Source of the DNA: Bugula neritina
Lineage: Eukaryota > Animalia > Bryozoa
Assembly (NCBI GenBank): GCA_964035545.1
Contig: OZ037770.1
Coordinates: forward strand, 1,984,001-2,048,000
DNA length: 64,000 nt
Direction of reading: 5' to 3'
Positions 59,176 to 64,000 of the stretch are shown one piece after another (within the stretch, counting starts at the first letter, position 1; each line of letters begins with the position of its first letter). The notes below the pieces were generated by a model. It was not told the DNA's origin, made no database searches, and saw nothing but the letters and a program-made list of their open reading frames with translations. Both the position numbers and the translations under genes were made by a program.

Positions 59176-60950
59176 CAGTGATGTGAAAAAGTTTAAGGAC
59201 GCTTGCAGAAATTTCTATGTATCGTGTTTAATAAGCATTTCTTGTAAGTTCTTAATATATTCCTGCAAGTTCTATATATCAAAATGATCCTTAGAATGTG
59301 CTCTACAATTTCCATTTTCTAAATTCTTGTTGTTGTGATGTTTTCTACCCATTTTTGGGCCAACTGCACAAGCAGCTAGGGAAGCGCAACTCCTGTATTT
59401 TTATGTAACCAAAGTTTGTCGACTTTTAGAACCACAAAAAGCTAAATAGTGAAATTTGACTTTGTGCATGGCATCATGATATCATAAAGTATGACTTCCT
59501 TTTATTATTTGAAATATGTCATTTAGTTGTGAGCTTTTACATGGTGTCCACTTGGGCGCTGCGCATAGACTAAATGAGAGCTGTAAATCTTCCTTCAGAG
59601 GCAAAGTTTGTAATAATTTTCTTGCACAAAGAAGGTTATTCAATTAGGAAGATATCTGAAAAGGTTGGCAAAGTAAAGACAACTGTACATCAAATTATCA
59701 AGAAGTTTATGGACACTGGTAGTGTAGCAGATGGACCTGAAAATGGCCGACCAAAAATAAGCACACCTAGAGATGACAAGGTTCTCATTGGGATCAGCAA
59801 GAAAGATTGCCATAAAACAAGTCTTGAGTAGGCAAGGAATAGTCAGAATCAACAGGAACACAGGCTTCAACATCCTTGATAAGGCAAGATTGCTGAGCCA
59901 TGGTTTACATGGCCGCAAAGCAAGAGGAAGCCTCAACCAACCGAGAAGCAGCAAAAAAGCCGGTTACGATGGGCCAGGGAGCCTGGTAATTAGACAGTAA
60001 ATGATTAGAAAAAAAGTAATTTTTTCAGATGAATCCATATTTAATGTGAACAATCATGCTGGAAACTGTTGTGTTAAAAGGTACCAGTATGAGAAATATA
60101 ACCCCTAATGTATTCTTCGAACAATTAAGCACCCTATCGGTGTTATGTTCTGGGGTTGTATAACATCAAAAAGTGTAGGTCGACTCAGTAATTGCTCTGG
60201 AATGATGTTAGTGCTCAAAAATATATGGAGAATCTCAATGCTAAACATTTTCCAATCATAAAAAACTTCTTTTTAAATGAAATTAACATATTTGAAGATG
60301 ACAATGCACCATGCCATTGGGCAAAAACCGTTAAAAAGTGGATGAAAAAGCAGAGGGTCTCAACGCTTAACTGGCCAGCACAAAGCCGGGACTTGAAGCC
60401 AATAAGAAATTCATGGTCAAGAATGGCTAAGATAGTCTCTTCACAGAAGCCAACAATTAAGGTGACCCTCATAGAGCCTGTAATTCATGCATGATGGCAT
60501 CATGTCGTGACTGAAAACGAGTTGGAGAAGCTGTACAAGTCGATGCCTCGTCGCTGCCGACTTGTGATTGAGAATAAAGGCTGGCCAACAAAACATTGAT
60601 ACTAAAATTAAAAGCACTGTGTGTTGCAATGCTGCTATAATGTGTATAACAATTCACATATAATATTTTTCTATGTTTCAAGTAAAATATTCTGATGTCC
60701 TACAGTACACACAAATTGTGAGAACATTGAATAATTCCCATATATGCATAGTATCTCATTGTTTCACCCAAATTTTTGGAGGATGTAAAAAGAGACACTT
60801 ATAATTTATATGAATGATATAAGGAGATCTTAAGGATCATTTTGATAGGCATCATGTCTATGGAAATGCATTAGTTATGTCTTAAAATTAGCTTGGAACA
60901 TTGCTATTATGAAAAACAGGGAGGCGTCCTTAAACTTTTTCACAGCACTG
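59176..60950 (+). mobile_element. Tc1/mariner DNA transposon, inactive
   Basis: 27-bp TIRs CAGTG(A/C)TGTGAAAAAGTTTAAGGACGC, TA TSD. Confidence 0.95.
59574..60599 (+). pseudogene. Tc1 transposase pseudogene
   Basis: HTH with GRPK, VIFSDES, DDNAPCH, WPAQSRDLKPIRN; stops and frameshifts. Confidence 0.92.
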
Positions 60951-61415
60951 TATTTTAATACTTGAAATCTAATCAGCTACAGAAAAGTACTTCAATTCAA
61001 AGGCCTTCATAATTATTCCTTAGTTTGCTATTTAAATAGACAGTAAGGTTGATGAATAAAATAAAAGTTAGTAAAGTAAAAACTAAATAAATTGAGAATA
61101 ATATCTCCACTCTAAGGTTATAATCCTTATAAATTAACATTTTAATACTCCTGTTATCCTTAGGTATAGTTGTTAGCAATTTAACTATGAGCTCAAAGCC
61201 AAATGTCAGTATCAGCATCCCCATTACATTGACTAAGACTGACTTTATAACCCTCAAGCTGTGGCACTCAATTTCTATAAGTAGTAACTAATAACAAATA
61301 TAAAATTATTTATTTGCTACTGATAGTGATAATAATAATAATTAAAAATAATAATATGATCCATTAAAATAGAACTAATAAAGCCAACGACGTTAATAGT
61401 ATGTCTAACTAAACA

Positions 61416-64000
61416 TGGCATGTCTCGTCTGGCAGTGGGTATGTGGAGGGCCAGGCAACCTACGGCCGTCAACCCGTTAATGGCACAACTAGAAGAAGAT
61501 ACTCAAGAGAAGACAACAAAGTTGTCATGAAATGCTACTTCAAAAGTACACCCAAATTAGGAGGTTATAGAAAAACAATGTATGAGCTCTGTAGACCCGG
61601 ATCAAGGAATTATTTAAAAAGAATGTGCAAAGGCTGGAAAACAGAGGTGAGTTTAACATCATCGAATAGAGACTAGCGGATTAAGCAAGAACTATGAAGA
61701 AACACAAGCATTTTATGGAAAAAGAAATCCATAAGATTGAAGAAGGAACCTTGCAAGACCTAAGCACATCAATTGGTGAAGAAGATAATGAAGAGCTAAA
61801 TTTGCAAATAGAGGATGTTATAGTACAACATGAGATAGCATATAAATCAGCCATGAGAATTTTAAGAGTACCTAGTTCAGAGGTAGAAAAAGTGTTAGTA
61901 GAAAAATTATAAATGAGCATAACAAACTATCTAATGATCGACCAACACTAAGAGCCCTTAGGCACATTGAGAGGGTCAAATTACTACAGGCAGTAAAACA
62001 GATTAATGATGTGCTAAACTGTGTTGAGATTATTAATACCATTGAGCTTAATAACACCACCATGGCTTGTGCGAAAAATAGTAACAGAACAAGTGTGTAA
62101 CAAAAAGGAAAAAGAAAAACTGACAATGTACAAGTATGGAAAATACGACTGCAGAAGAAATAAAAAGAAATTAGATCAGACTTAAGTAAAATAGCAGAGT
62201 GAAAAAGTAGAGCTTACAATGATTCATTGAGAAGAATGGTTGAAGAAAAATAAAGGATAAAGAACAAAGAGTGTGGTGTAGTGATTGAAAAACTGAAGCA
62301 AAACCTGAGAGCTGTAAGCCAGAAGATAAACAGATATACAGAATGAGTTGATCAATATAATCAGAACACAATGTTTACAATGATAAGCGCTTTTATCAAG
62401 AATTACGAGGAAATGAATACGTACATCTAAAGAGGCACCTGACAAGGAAATCAAAAGCATTCTGATAAAATATAATTATGGGGTCAGCCAACTAAAAATA
62501 ATACCAATGCAGAATGACTAAATAAAGTTAGCAACAAATTGGAGCATATGTAAAGACAAGGAAATTAGATCTTAGAAACGATGCAAACAACTGGAATAGC
62601 AATTAATGTCATAAGGTTGATAAGAAAAAGCATGAAACCCGGAAAACACAACTGAAATACCTGGAAGAAAAGATAGGAGAAATAAAGATCAAACTAAGAA
62701 TTTTCCAAGGAGACTCTTTATCTCTATCCCTTTTCTCCAACTACCGATTCGCATGACAGAAGCGGCTCAATGATGCAAATTTCGACGAGACAGAAAACAA
62801 ACCATCTCCTATATGTGGATGACCTGAAGGTAAATAGGAAATCAAAGTCAGAACTGGAAGCTTTGGTAAACACTGCCGGGATCTTCACAAGGAATATAGA
62901 AATGAAATTTGGATTAAAAAATGTGCCACACTGGTTATGAGAAAGGGAAAGAAAATCAAGGACACAGGAATCAGTTTGCCTGAGGAACAGGTAATTAAAG
63001 ATCTGGGTGAGAAGCCGTATAAATATCTAGGAGTTCTTGAGATTGATAGAATACAAATATATGAAATGAAAAATAAGATCAAGGAGTACTACAAACAAAT
63101 AAGAAAAGTTCTGGATTCAAAACTGAATGGTGAGAACACAATCAAAGCAATAAACACATGGGCAGTAACAGCAGTGCATTACACAGCTAGAATACTTGAC
63201 TGAACTGTTTCATGAGCTAAAAAATATGGACTGAAAGACAAGGAAGCTAATGACAACAAACCGCGCACCCTATCCGAGAGCAGATGTAGGCAGGCTGTAT
63301 TTTAGCAGAAGGGAAGGCGGTAGAAGAATGTTGTCAACTGAAAAATGCATAAAGATTGAAAACTGCAGCATGTCAGACTACATAAATATAACATAGACTG
63401 ATAGAAACACCACACTGAATACCTTCCTAAAAGACAGAACAGCGGTAGAACTAAATAATGATAAAGTGATAGAAAGAACTGATGAGTGTAAAGAAAAGCT
63501 TCACGTGGTCAATACATCAAAATGGTGGAAGACATGAAAGCATTTTCCTGAAACTGGTTGAAGTATGGTTGGCTGAAAAAGGAAACAGAAGGACTGCTGA
63601 CAGCTGCGCAAAATCAACTATTCACTACTAGAAATTATAAAGTGGCTATGATGAGAGAACAGGGTAGCAAGAAGTGTGGAATGTGTAACGCAAGATGCAC
63701 GTATTGAGTGAGTTTGAGAAGGTAGCAGAAGGAGAATATAAGAAAAAACACAACCTTTTGGCATTGATAATTTCAATAGTAGTTGTGTGAACTTCGTGGG
63801 TTTCAGAAAAGTAAGAATTGGTACGGCCATCAAGCAGAATAAGTACTGGAAAATGATAATGTGAAAACCTTGTAAGATTTTAACATACACACTGACGTAG
63901 TCATCAAAGTTAGGAGACCCGATATATTAGTAGTTGACAAGCATAATGCTGAAACAACGATAATTGATATCACAGTCCCTGTTAACTACAGAGTAAAAGA
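61416..64000 (+). mobile_element. Decayed R4/Dong-type non-LTR retrotransposon (RT plus restriction-like endonuclease), runs off the window
   Basis: IFQGDSLS, NHLLYVDDLK, YKYLGV, AINTWAV, LKKETEGLLTAAQNQ, RRPDILVVD..IIDITVP; many stops. Confidence 0.85.

Overview
AT-rich metazoan (invertebrate-like) genomic DNA. There are no prokaryotic features, rRNA, tRNA or CRISPR. The window holds: (i) the 3' part of an intact Ty3/Gypsy LTR retrotransposon (1-6589) with a -1 frameshift signal and an extra, apparently spliced zinc-finger ORF3 in the env position; (ii) a two-exon orphan gene (+, 9423-10531); (iii) a long minus-strand host gene (at least 50983 to 18238) that the ORF track largely misses. It is built from about 20 GT-AG, phase-0, 42-nt micro-exons, each coding two coiled-coil heptads, and was partly expanded by tandem duplication. 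Its introns and flanks carry many mobile elements: a gag-protease-only LTR element with a 24-nt-periodic hairpin array, a decayed Gypsy that also carries ORF3, four Penelope-like insertions in (TA)n with seven hammerhead ribozymes, several MITEs, a 30-bp minisatellite, a truncated LINE, a Tc1 element and a decayed R4/Dong-type LINE. All calls were made by eye with no database searches.
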